A stretch of 29,425 nt of DNA. Origin: a virus (taxonomy: Duplodnaviria > Caudoviricetes). The DNA lies in the IMG/VR virus record IMGVR_UViG_3300049173_000069, positions 1-29,425 of that record, one strand, 5' to 3'. Position numbers and translations under genes: made by a program. This document shows, one piece after another, positions 17,601 through 25,642 of this stretch. Position 1 is the first letter of the stretch. Every line of letters starts with the position of its first letter. Under the pieces are notes generated by a model that was not told where the DNA came from, searched no databases, and saw nothing but the letters and a program-made list of their open reading frames with translations.

Positions 17601-17717
17601 CTCCGGTCCAGTGGGCGGGGCGAGGACAACTACCTGATGGGCCGCGTGCGTCGCAGCATCCGCAAGGTCGGCGGACCCGACGCTCAGTTCGCGCTCACTG
17701 GAACGAGGAGTAGCTGA
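14655..17717 (+). CDS. Tape measure protein
   Basis: 1020 aa, Ala/Gly-rich; DKIGDAFKEF, LFGGPGEDLG, TM segments, periodic Trp repeats, two LGIxSPSKV motifs. Confidence 0.95.
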   Translation: MALQVGELNGILSIDDRAVDPALRRAENALRSSGQRMGDDADRAGRQVGEGLGDGIVRGADGSLRDARGRFVAAGRRAGDDVGEGLNDGAGEGADGAARSVGDRMRGGMQLAMAGVGAAAGAMLMDAFGQAMEQGQIVGKMQAQMGATPAVAQKYGKLAGELFKDAIVTDFQQGADAINVIASAGLFKPDATNAQIKSLATNAADLANSFDVDLTLAAQAAGSMLKNGLAKNGQEAFDLLAAGMTGLGPASDDLMETFTEYGPVFKAAGISGQTALGLIRQAIQGGWTKDTDKIGDAFKEFQLRATEGSKGVQAAFKSLGLDAKKTGDDIAAGGKTGEKAMDNVLDRIKKLGPNSQEARQIVSTLFGGPGEDLGAALFALDIDKASTAMGNAAGSADKLGNGLRDNAATKVAQFKNSLQQNLVEFLGNEVIPRLSGFFDFAKNNSGLLGGLAASVIALGTAFTIASIGVWAMNSAMLANPIFWIIAGIAAGVAGVVILIVTYWDEIKAATTTAWSWVTSKISGAVAAVLGAVAWLGSLPGKVASWWQGVKDKTVQIATAWVAWVAGLPGRVWSAISGLQNRMQTAATNAFVAFRNAAAVKAAAFIGWVKGLPGRIASGIGSLNKLLVTKGVQVVQGLWSGIQSMGSWIYDKLIGWAKSMIPGPIAKALGIASPSKVTRAQGRWIARGLIAGMTGSSKQVRAASTKLADIVRDSLNPGKKRSRALGVISAGTKKLLKLAGQEDRLAARMKTATKKLADQIKARDKLAADVKKGVLDGANITQQDTGGWPQTAETILAGLRADTQAAQTFAKNLATLRKKGVRADLIAQIAQAGVEQGSSAAAALANASKGQITAINQQQKALVTAAGQAGSTAGNAMYGAGINAAQGLIRGLKSQQKAIDRQMLAIAKSMSKSIRKALGIKSPSKVMALVGSYTGQGLREGIESERRAVNRSMASLVETPAPGSWDTASARARAAASQRIVLELRSSGRGEDNYLMGRVRRSIRKVGGPDAQFALTGTRSS

Positions 17718-20700
17718 TGGCGTTCCCCGAAGACCCGCTCGGCACTACCACCGAGCTGGGCATCGACGGCGTGTTCACCAACGTCACACCGCACACGCTG
17801 ACGCGGGACATCATCACCCACAGCCGGGGCCAGAGGGCTGAGGGACAGGCGGTCGACCCGGCCTCCTGCTCCCTCACCCTCAAATCCCCGAACGGCCTCT
17901 ACAGCCCCCGCAACCCGCGCTCGCCGTACTTCGAGAAGATCGGCCTCAACACGCCCACCCGCGTCAGCGTCTTCACCGGAAACCGATACCTGTGGCTGCC
18001 CGACAGCGCAGGCAACGGCGCCTCCACCCCCGATGCAGCCGTCCTCGACATCACCGGCGACATCGACATCCGCATCGACCTCACCCTGGACCCCTGGAAC
18101 GGGGCGGCCAACCTCCGCGAGCTGGCAGGCAAGTACGGGGTGACCGGTAATCAGCGGTCCTGGGCCCTGTTCGTGTGGACCGACGGGCGCCTGGTCTGGC
18201 GCTCTTCACCGGACGGCACCAACGTCATCCAATACCTGTCGCCCGTACCCATCGTGGTCCCCGCCTCCGGCCGGCTCGCCGTGCGGGCGACCCTGGACGT
18301 CGACAACGGGGCCGGCGGGCACACGCTCACCTGGTACACGGCCCCGACGATCGCAGGCCCGTGGACGATGCTGGGCACCCCGGACATCCACGCCGGGACA
18401 ACGAGCATCTTCTCCTCCACGGCACCCCTGATGGTCGGCGACGTCACCGACCTGGGTTTCGAACGCCCTACGGGCCGGGCTCATGCCTTCGAGCTGCGGT
18501 CCGGGATCGGCGGGACGGTGGTCGCCAACCCCGACTTCTCTACGCCTGCGGAGGGCGCCGCGAGTTTCGTGGACGGGGCCGGCCGCACCTGGACGCCGTC
18601 CGGCAGCGCAGCGATCACGAACAGGCAGATCCGATTCGTCGGCGAGTTCTCCGACTGGCCCGCCGAATGGTCCGGCCGCGGCGACCTCATCACCGTGAAC
18701 GGCGAAGCCGTCGGCATCCTGGAACGCATGAACCAGGGCAAGAAAGTCCTTGCCTCGACGCTGCGCCGCCGTATCCCCTCGTACAACCCGGTCGCCTACT
18801 GGCCCATGGAAGAGGGCGCGGATGCCACCAGCATCTACAGCCCCATCGCGGGGGTGAAGTCGTTCAAGCCGACCGCGTTCAACCAGGCCGCAGACGACAC
18901 TCTGCCCGGGTCCTCCCCGCTCCCGGTCCTGGAAGTCGGCGCCTCGTTCGTGGCGCCAGTCCCGGCCGCGCCCGCAGGGACGTGGCAGGTCGAGTTGGTG
19001 TACAACCTCGACACCATGCCGGTCGCAAAGACCACCCTCTTCGAGGTACGCACGACGGGCACAGCCCGCCGCGTACTGGCAAGCGTGGCCACCAACCAGG
19101 TGTGGATCGAAGGGCTGGACGCGGACGGCTCCAGCGTCTTCAGCCAGACCTCGACCGGCCCGGCCTTCACCGGCGCCTGGAACCGGCTGCAGATCAAGGC
19201 CGTGCAGTCCGGCAGCAACGTGCAGTACGTCCTGAGGTGGATCACCATCGGTGGGGGCGGCCTGTCTACCGGTACCACCATCGCAGCAGCGCCCGGGAGC
19301 GTCCTCGACGTCCGCTCCTCGTTCGGGACCGGCCTGGACGGGATGAGGTTCGGGCACCTGGCCGTGTTCACCACCGAGTCAGACACCCCCTTCAGCTCGG
19401 CTGACCAGGCATTCAACGGAGAGACCGCAGCAGCACGCATGACCCGTCTCTGCACCGAGGAGGGCGTACCATTCCGGCTCGCCGACCCCGCAGCCGAAAC
19501 CGCCCAACTCGGCCCCCAACGGCCCGGCACCCTGCTGAAACTGCTGCAGGACTGCGCCGACACCGACGGCGGCATCTTCGGCGAGGAACGCGACCGCATC
19601 GGCCTGCGCTACCGGCCCCGCACCACCCTCTACAACCAGACACCCACGCTGACGCTGGCGTACGGAGACCGCGGTGTGGCCCGGCCGCTGCGTCCGGTCG
19701 AGCCCGACTCGGTCCGCAACGACATCACCGTCAACCGGGTCGCCGGAGGCTCCGGCAGGGCCGTCCTGGAGGAGGGACGCCTGTCCGTGCAGGACCCGCC
19801 CGACGGGGTGGGCCTGTACGACGAGGACATCGACCTGAACCTGTACAGCGACGACCAGGCGGAACCTGCCGCGTACTGGCGGCTACACCTGGGCACGTGG
19901 GACGAGGCCCGATACCCCGTCGTCACCGTCAAACTGCACAAAGCGCCGCAGCTGATCGACACCGTCCTCGGGATCACCGAGGGCGACATGCTGAGGATCA
20001 CGGACCTGCCCGATTTCCTGCCGCCGGGGCCGGTCGACCTGCTGGTACAGGGCTACACGGAACGCCTCGGGACCTACACGTGGGAAGTCGAATTCACGTG
20101 TGTCCCGGCAGGCCCGTGGCGGGTCGGTGTCGTGGACAATGCCGCGAACCCTGCCAGGGCCGACACCGACGGCAGCGAACTCGACACCGCGGCCACCGCC
20201 ACCGCCACCACGCTGACGGTCCGCACCACGGACGGCGAACCGTGGACCACCAACATCACAGACCTGCCGTTCGATATCCGTGTCGGTGGCGAGGTGATGC
20301 AGGTCGAACCCGCCGGCACCGTCCTGACGGTGAACCCCTCCTTCGAGACGGACACGAGCGGCTGGACAGCGACGAGCGCAACCCTGACCCGCTCCAGTGC
20401 GGTGCGCCGGGTCGGCTCCTGGTCGGCGCTGCTGACCACGGGGGCAGGGTCGAACCCGCGGGCCGCCGATGCCTTGCGGGCAGTGACGGCGGGCAGCACC
20501 TACACGGCGCTGGGCTGGCTTTATGCACCGGTGGCGCTGTCGCAGCCCGTGGGCGTCAACGTCAACTGGTACAACGCGTCGCAGACCTACCTGTCCACAT
20601 CGTCGAACACGGCAACGCTCACGCCGGGCACCTGGACACCGTTCAATGCCCAGTTCACCGCACCTGTGGGCGCCGCCTACGCATCGATCCTGTTCACGGT

Positions 20701-22126
20701 GACGAACTCGCCGGGGGCCGGATACCTGCTGTACGCCGACAATGTGAAGTTGATCTCCGGGGGGACAGGGATCAAGCCCGGCTTGAAGGACGACTTCAGC
20801 CGCAGCGTCAGCCCGACGGTGACCGACTCCTTCACCCGCACCACCACGGGCGGCTGGGGCAGCGCCACCACCGGGCAAGCCTGGTCGACCAGCGGCGGCT
20901 CCGCCTCCGACTACGCCACCAACGGCACCAAGGGCACCGCCTCGGTAGGCGTCGTCAACTCCAGCCGCTTCACCGCGCTCGACACGGTCAGCCTGGCAGA
21001 CCTGGACATGCAGGCCGACATGACGGTGCCCGTCGTCGCCACCGGCGCCAGCATCAGCACCGGCCTGCGGCTCCGCTCGGCAGACACCTCCAACTACTAC
21101 TACATCGAGGCGGTGTGGGGCACGGCCGGAACCGTCAGCGTGCAGCTCGTCTCCCGGGTCGCCGCGGTATCCACGACGATCGCCGGCCCCGTCTCCAAGG
21201 GCACGTATGCGGCCGGCGACACCTGGACGGTACGGGCCCGCGTGGTGGGCTCCGTGTTGCAGGCCAAGCTGTGGAAAACCTCCGGCACGGAGCCAGACCT
21301 GTGGGACGTGGAGGCGGTCACCACCAGCCTGCCCTCGGCCGCCCCGATAGGCACCCGATCCCTCCTCAGCACCGGCAACACCAACACGCTGCCCGTCGTC
21401 GTGTCGTGGGACAACGTCCGCGTCACGGCCGTAACCCAGGGCTGGGGGACCTCGAGTTCCGGCGACGCCTGGACCACCAGCGGCGGCAACGCCTCGGAGT
21501 ACTTCGTCGACACCATCAAGGGCGAGGGCTACATCGAACTCACCAGCGTGAACAGCAGCCGCCGCCTGGTGACCGGCCCGTCATGGACCGACACCGATCT
21601 GCTGGCCGCATTCACCGTGCCGGTCGTCGCGGCCACCGACTCCATCGACCCCGGCATCATGTCCCGCTACGCCGACTCAGGCACGTACTACCTGGGCACC
21701 CTGCACTTCCACAACGACAGCACCGTGGACGTCAGGATCAGGGAGAACGTCGCCGGGGTGTTCACCACCCTGTCCATCAGCAATCTCCTGCCCGGCACGT
21801 ACAGCGCCGGCAGCACCTACTGGCTGCGGTTCCGCACCCAGGGCAGCAACCTGTACGCCCGCGGCTGGGCCTACGGCACCACCGAGCCCACGATCTGGCA
21901 CGCCTCCACCACCGACACCAGCATCACCGCCGCCGGACGGGTCGGGATCCGCGCCAACTTGCAGGTCAACAACACCAACAGCCTGCCGGTGACGATGCGG
22001 GTCGGCTCGTTCACCGTGGACAGTCCGCAGTTGTTCACCGTCGCGCGTTCCGTCAACGGCATCGTGAAAGCGCAGGCGGCGGGCGCTGTCGTCTCGCTCG
22101 CCAACCCCGCTTTCGTCGCCCTGTAG
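17717..22126 (+). CDS. Large multi-domain tail-tip / baseplate protein with LamG-like, CBM-like and beta-sandwich inserts
   Basis: 1469 aa after TMP; YSPRNPRSPY, PVAYWPMEEG, RNDITV, NPSFETDTSGW...YADNV (CBM4/9-like), DxFxR..GWG repeats, RSVNGIVKA C-terminus. Confidence 0.85.
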   Translation: MAFPEDPLGTTTELGIDGVFTNVTPHTLTRDIITHSRGQRAEGQAVDPASCSLTLKSPNGLYSPRNPRSPYFEKIGLNTPTRVSVFTGNRYLWLPDSAGNGASTPDAAVLDITGDIDIRIDLTLDPWNGAANLRELAGKYGVTGNQRSWALFVWTDGRLVWRSSPDGTNVIQYLSPVPIVVPASGRLAVRATLDVDNGAGGHTLTWYTAPTIAGPWTMLGTPDIHAGTTSIFSSTAPLMVGDVTDLGFERPTGRAHAFELRSGIGGTVVANPDFSTPAEGAASFVDGAGRTWTPSGSAAITNRQIRFVGEFSDWPAEWSGRGDLITVNGEAVGILERMNQGKKVLASTLRRRIPSYNPVAYWPMEEGADATSIYSPIAGVKSFKPTAFNQAADDTLPGSSPLPVLEVGASFVAPVPAAPAGTWQVELVYNLDTMPVAKTTLFEVRTTGTARRVLASVATNQVWIEGLDADGSSVFSQTSTGPAFTGAWNRLQIKAVQSGSNVQYVLRWITIGGGGLSTGTTIAAAPGSVLDVRSSFGTGLDGMRFGHLAVFTTESDTPFSSADQAFNGETAAARMTRLCTEEGVPFRLADPAAETAQLGPQRPGTLLKLLQDCADTDGGIFGEERDRIGLRYRPRTTLYNQTPTLTLAYGDRGVARPLRPVEPDSVRNDITVNRVAGGSGRAVLEEGRLSVQDPPDGVGLYDEDIDLNLYSDDQAEPAAYWRLHLGTWDEARYPVVTVKLHKAPQLIDTVLGITEGDMLRITDLPDFLPPGPVDLLVQGYTERLGTYTWEVEFTCVPAGPWRVGVVDNAANPARADTDGSELDTAATATATTLTVRTTDGEPWTTNITDLPFDIRVGGEVMQVEPAGTVLTVNPSFETDTSGWTATSATLTRSSAVRRVGSWSALLTTGAGSNPRAADALRAVTAGSTYTALGWLYAPVALSQPVGVNVNWYNASQTYLSTSSNTATLTPGTWTPFNAQFTAPVGAAYASILFTVTNSPGAGYLLYADNVKLISGGTGIKPGLKDDFSRSVSPTVTDSFTRTTTGGWGSATTGQAWSTSGGSASDYATNGTKGTASVGVVNSSRFTALDTVSLADLDMQADMTVPVVATGASISTGLRLRSADTSNYYYIEAVWGTAGTVSVQLVSRVAAVSTTIAGPVSKGTYAAGDTWTVRARVVGSVLQAKLWKTSGTEPDLWDVEAVTTSLPSAAPIGTRSLLSTGNTNTLPVVVSWDNVRVTAVTQGWGTSSSGDAWTTSGGNASEYFVDTIKGEGYIELTSVNSSRRLVTGPSWTDTDLLAAFTVPVVAATDSIDPGIMSRYADSGTYYLGTLHFHNDSTVDVRIRENVAGVFTTLSISNLLPGTYSAGSTYWLRFRTQGSNLYARGWAYGTTEPTIWHASTTDTSITAAGRVGIRANLQVNNTNSLPVTMRVGSFTVDSPQLFTVARSVNGIVKAQAAGAVVSLANPAFVAL

Positions 22127-22134
22127 GAGATCTT

Positions 22135-22644
22135 GTGCCTGATGTAGTGCAGCCGGGTCGTGCCATCACCAGCCAACTGCTCACCTATCGTCCGCCGTTC
22201 GTGGTCGCGCACGGAACCTTGACCAGCAACTCGTCCCCCATCACAAGCTCGACCGAGGTCACGGTCATCACCACTTCGTCCGCGACGCTCACGGCGGGCA
22301 GGGCCTACAAATTCGAGTTCACGGGCCTGATCCAGCACGCAACGGCGTCCCTCGTGGACCTGTGCTACCTGCGCCTGCGCAGGGGCAGCAACAACGCCAG
22401 CATCCGCGACATCCGGTCCGTGGTCGTCGCCAACCGCGCCACGGCAAGCAGGAACATCGGCGTCACCCTGTCGGTCACCTGCACACCGGCGACGACGATC
22501 ACGGACACAGTGATCCTCACCGCGTCCTGGGACACCGGATCCACCGCCACGTTCACGGTTGCAGCGACGGCGAGCACGCCAGCACTGCTCACCATCTGGG
22601 ATGTCGGACCGGCCAGCGACATGCCAGGGCTCGGAACTTTCTGA
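22135..22644 (+). CDS. Minor tail protein (possible receptor-binding or fibre subunit)
   Basis: AGGAG RBS at 22125-22129, GTG 22135; Thr/Ser-rich beta protein; is the C-terminal part of the listed 19897..22644 ORF. Confidence 0.7.
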   Translation: MPDVVQPGRAITSQLLTYRPPFVVAHGTLTSNSSPITSSTEVTVITTSSATLTAGRAYKFEFTGLIQHATASLVDLCYLRLRRGSNNASIRDIRSVVVANRATASRNIGVTLSVTCTPATTITDTVILTASWDTGSTATFTVAATASTPALLTIWDVGPASDMPGLGTF

Positions 22645-22658
22645 CCCCTGCCTACTCC

Positions 22659-22688
22659 GCCCCGAGCCTGCTGGCCGGGGCCTTTCTC
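22659..22688 (+). terminator. Terminator-like hairpin before the lysis cassette
   Basis: GCCCCG(A)GCC-TGCT-GGCCGGGGC followed by CTTTCT. Confidence 0.55.
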
Positions 22689-22703
22689 ATGTCTGGAGGC
22701 CCC

Positions 22704-23612
22704 ATGGCCTGGTATCCCGGCGCCACGAAGATGGAGCTGCAGCCCGAGTCGGACGATCAGGCGGCAATCCGTCCGACGCAGCTCATCGTCCACTCCATCG
22801 CCGGACCGTGGACCGCGAAGCGCACGTACGAGTACTGGCGCGACTCCACCAACCTCGAGAGCCACTTCGGGCTCGGATACGCGGGCGACCTCGCCCAGTT
22901 CATTGGCACCGAGACCCGCGCCGACGCGAACGCCGCGGCGAACCTCCGCAGCGACGGCACCGGCGCCGTGTCCATCGAGACCGCCTCCAACACCGCAGCC
23001 TCCGACAAGTGGACGGCCGAGCAGGTCGAGCAGCTCATCAAGCTCGGCGTGTGGCTGCACCAGAAGCACGGCATCCCACTGCGGATCTGCCGCACTGCTG
23101 ACGATCCGGGATTCGGCTGGCACAAGCAGTTCACCGCCTGGAATCCGAACGGGCACGCCTGCCCGGGGCCGGCCCGCATCACCCAGTTCCGGGAGGTCGT
23201 GTTCCCGGGCATCGTCGCCCGCGCGAACGGGACTACCCCACCCCCTGAGGAGGACGACATGCCGACCGCTGCCGAGATCGCCGCTGAGGTGGTAAAGCTG
23301 GTGCCGAAGGCGGTGTGGAGCGTCGATACTCTGCCCGCCGCCCGGCCGCCGTACAACAACGCCGACTACTACAAGGCCGACGGGAAGACGCCCAACAACG
23401 TCACGTGGACGGCCGGGTACACGCAGCAGGCGCAGGTGGAGGGCATCCGCGAGACTCTCGCCCGCGTGAAGGGCCTCGAAGGCCGCACCGCTGTCGAGCT
23501 GACGGACTCGCAGATCGCCACGCTCGGCGCTGCAGTGGCCGCGAACCCGGCATTGGCGGAGCGGATCGCGAACCTCGTCGCGACGAAGCTCGCGGAACGG
23601 CTCGCCGAGTGA
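22704..23612 (+). CDS. Endolysin, N-acetylmuramoyl-L-alanine amidase (Amidase_2)
   Basis: GGAGG RBS, ATG 22704; LIVHS, SHF, SIET, GWH...ACPG zinc-amidase motifs; separate C-terminal domain. Confidence 0.9.
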   Translation: MAWYPGATKMELQPESDDQAAIRPTQLIVHSIAGPWTAKRTYEYWRDSTNLESHFGLGYAGDLAQFIGTETRADANAAANLRSDGTGAVSIETASNTAASDKWTAEQVEQLIKLGVWLHQKHGIPLRICRTADDPGFGWHKQFTAWNPNGHACPGPARITQFREVVFPGIVARANGTTPPPEEDDMPTAAEIAAEVVKLVPKAVWSVDTLPAARPPYNNADYYKADGKTPNNVTWTAGYTQQAQVEGIRETLARVKGLEGRTAVELTDSQIATLGAAVAANPALAERIANLVATKLAERLAE

Positions 23613-23962
23613 TCGTCAACTACACCCCGCACCCGGTGCGGATCTACGCCGACGACCGGCCCGACGGCATCGACGACCTCGAACCAGGCCTGCGTCTCGT
23701 CATCGAGCCGGAGGGCACCCCGGCCCGGCTCAGCATGATGCCGCTCAGCAGCGACAACCGAGACGGCATCACGGTCGAAGTCGTCGAATACGGCCACGCC
23801 GTCGGCATCCCGCCCGAGCGGACGGGCGTGTGGTGCGTCGTCAGCCTGCCCGTCGCACTCGCCCTGGCCCCCCGCCGCAGCGACCTCCTCGTCTCCTACC
23901 GCGAAGTCCGCAACGCCTCCGGAACCGTCATCGGCTGCCGCCAACTCGCCCAGCCCATCTGA
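23609..23962 (+). CDS. NxTPH-motif protein (117 aa), candidate Crn4-like ring nuclease
   Basis: GTGA overlap with the endolysin stop; MIVNYTPHPVRIY...PARL...G.PP...VVSLPVA...RSDLL...VRNASGTVIGCRQL. The ORF is well supported; the function is a hypothesis. Confidence 0.6.
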   Translation: MIVNYTPHPVRIYADDRPDGIDDLEPGLRLVIEPEGTPARLSMMPLSSDNRDGITVEVVEYGHAVGIPPERTGVWCVVSLPVALALAPRRSDLLVSYREVRNASGTVIGCRQLAQPI

Positions 23963-23974
23963 AAAGAGAACATC

Positions 23975-24361
23975 ATGAAGATCTTCGGCAGAGAGCCCGT
24001 CGCGGTCCTCGCGTTCATCGCCGTCGCCCTCAAACTGTCCTCCGCCTACGGCTTCGACGTCTCCGCCAAGGAACAGGCCGCCATCATGGTCGTCCTCTCC
24101 TGCATCGTCGCGGTCGCCGAGGCATTCATCCTCAAGACCGGCGCCGCGTTCGCCGCGATCGTGAACCTCGGCCACGCCGGGCTCGCCCTGTTCCTCGCCT
24201 TCGGCCTCCGCATGGACGCCGAGACGCAAGCCCTGTGGATGCTGCTCGTCGAGGGCGCGGTCGCGTTCTTCGTCCGCCGGGAGGTCACCGCGCCGGTGCC
24301 GCTCCTGCGGATCGAGCAGTCGAGCCCGATGGACCCCGGCTCGCACGCCAAGGCAGCCTGA
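23975..24361 (+). CDS. Holin
   Basis: MKIFGREP start, about four TM helices, located in the lysis cassette. Confidence 0.8.
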   Translation: MKIFGREPVAVLAFIAVALKLSSAYGFDVSAKEQAAIMVVLSCIVAVAEAFILKTGAAFAAIVNLGHAGLALFLAFGLRMDAETQALWMLLVEGAVAFFVRREVTAPVPLLRIEQSSPMDPGSHAKAA

Positions 24362-24394
24362 CCTGCCCCATGAGTGCGTCGGGGAGGTGGTGGC

Positions 24395-24661
24395 GTGGAC
24401 GCGGCCGTGGCCGGGGCGATCTCAGCGGTGATCGTGGGCGCCCTGTCCGTGGTGGGCGTCATGTACGGCAGCCGCGGCGCGAACAGGGCGGCCCGGGAGG
24501 GCAACGCGGTGACCGGGTTCAGCAGCCTGACCAACGAGCTGCAGGAAGAACGGGCGGAGCTGAAGAAGGAGAACTCCACTCTTCGGACCGAGTTGGCCAC
24601 GGAGAGACTGGAGAACGCTCGCCTGCGGCTCATGGTCGAGCGGCTCGGAGGTACGCCATGA
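24395..24661 (+). CDS. Membrane protein with N-terminal TM and coiled coil (lysis accessory)
   Basis: GGAGG RBS, GTG 24395; TM helix then LQEERAELKKENSTLRTEL heptads. Confidence 0.75.
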   Translation: MDAAVAGAISAVIVGALSVVGVMYGSRGANRAAREGNAVTGFSSLTNELQEERAELKKENSTLRTELATERLENARLRLMVERLGGTP

Positions 24662-25347
24662 CGCGTACCGAGCTGGTGCTGTACCAGAACCGGCGCCTGC
24701 TGTGGATGGTCGCCGCCCTGCTCATCCTCGGCGGCGGAGTGGCACTGTCGCTGCTGCTGATTCACCGCGAGGCGGACGCCCGCCAGGACCTCGCCCGGGA
24801 GGCGGACCTGCGGGGCACGGCGGTGTCGACACTGGCCGGGGATGTCCGGGCGCTCCGGCAGCAGGTGAAGGCCAAGGGCGGGACCCCCGTCGCCCCGGAC
24901 CCAGCGAAGGCGGTCGAGGATCTCCCGGCGCGGGCGGAGGTGCCGGTGCCGATCCCGGGGCCGCCCGGCCCAGCGGGTAGTCCGGGCCCGTCGGGGGAGC
25001 CGGGCCGGGGTGGCGCGGACGGGACGCCGGGCGCGAGCGGTGCGCCGGGGCCGGTGGGCCCGACTGGTCCTGCCGGATCTCAGGGTGAGCAGGGCCCCGC
25101 CGGTCCTGCGGGCCCTGCTGGTCCGGTGGGTCCTGCGGGCCCCGCTGGGCAGGATGGCCGGGACGGTGTCGACGGGCGGGATGGGACGGACGGTCAGTCG
25201 TGCCCGGACGGGTACTCGCTGCAGGCCCCGTCGTACGACCCCGATGCGCTGGTGTGCCGTCGTGACGGGGCGCCGGAGCCGGGGGATGGAGGAACGGTTC
25301 CGCAAGCTGCGGGAGCGTTGGATCCGCGGCGCACGCAGTACGTGTAA
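24658..25347 (+). CDS. Membrane-anchored collagen-like protein
   Basis: ATGA overlap; TM helix, coiled coil, 27 uninterrupted Gly-X-Y triplets (24958-25200), CPDGY...LVC. Confidence 0.85.
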   Translation: MTRTELVLYQNRRLLWMVAALLILGGGVALSLLLIHREADARQDLAREADLRGTAVSTLAGDVRALRQQVKAKGGTPVAPDPAKAVEDLPARAEVPVPIPGPPGPAGSPGPSGEPGRGGADGTPGASGAPGPVGPTGPAGSQGEQGPAGPAGPAGPVGPAGPAGQDGRDGVDGRDGTDGQSCPDGYSLQAPSYDPDALVCRRDGAPEPGDGGTVPQAAGALDPRRTQYV

Positions 25348-25360
25348 GTGGTGGGCATGG

Positions 25361-25386
25361 GCCCCGTCGCCTTCGGGCGGCGGGGC
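25361..25386 (+). terminator. Terminator hairpin with C(UUCG)G loop between convergent genes
   Basis: GCCCCGTCGCC-TTCG-GGCGGCGGGGC. Confidence 0.8.
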
Positions 25387-25404
25387 TGTTCGTCATGCTC
25401 GAGG

Positions 25405-25584
25405 TCAGGCCGCTTCGACGATCTCGGCCCGTACGGCGGCCGCCCACTCAAGCAGCAGCTGCTCGTACACGGCCCGTTCCTCGTCCGTGAGCCGTCGGCC
25501 GGCACCGCGTACGAGGGCACGGATGTCCTCGTTCACGACGTCAGCGGACCGCACGGGGCCACGGCCGGAGGGGTTCGGGGGCAT
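25405..25584 (-). CDS. Small helical hypothetical protein (59 aa), leaderless
   Basis: MPPNPSGRGPVRSADVVNEDIRAL...YEQLLLEWAAAVR; TACGCT -10 box 6 nt upstream of the ATG. Confidence 0.7.
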   Translation of the reverse strand: MPPNPSGRGPVRSADVVNEDIRALVRGAGRRLTDEERAVYEQLLLEWAAAVRAEIVEAA

Positions 25585-25642
25585 GTCCCAAGCGTAGCGA
25601 CCGGCACCCCGGTTCACTCATCCGGATCGATACCCTGCCCGC
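25585..25642. promoter_or_regulatory. Back-to-back leaderless promoters
   Basis: Minus strand TACGCT-N6-ATG (25591-25596); plus strand TACCCT-N6-ATG (25631-25636); no SD on either side. Confidence 0.65.

Noticed and set aside
20789-22020. Duplicated tail modules as a diversity-generating retroelement TR/VR pair
   Set aside because: Similarity is at the protein level with no adenine-specific mismatch pattern, and no reverse transcriptase is present.
19897-22134. 915-aa ORF 19897..22644 overlapping the tail-tip gene
   Set aside because: Arg/His/Gly-rich off-frame shadow typical of high-GC DNA; only the part from GTG 22135 (with RBS) looks like a real gene.
22362-22703. Longer endolysin start
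   Set aside because: Overlaps the minor tail gene and a terminator; ATG 22704 has a proper RBS.
23830-24657. N-terminal extension of the collagen ORF (505 aa as listed)
   Set aside because: Overlaps the NxTPH, holin and membrane genes out of frame; the real start is ATG 24658 with a GGAGG RBS.
24958-25200. 9-bp periodic repeats as a DNA-level element
   Set aside because: Fully explained by Gly-Pro-Ala collagen codons with varied third positions.
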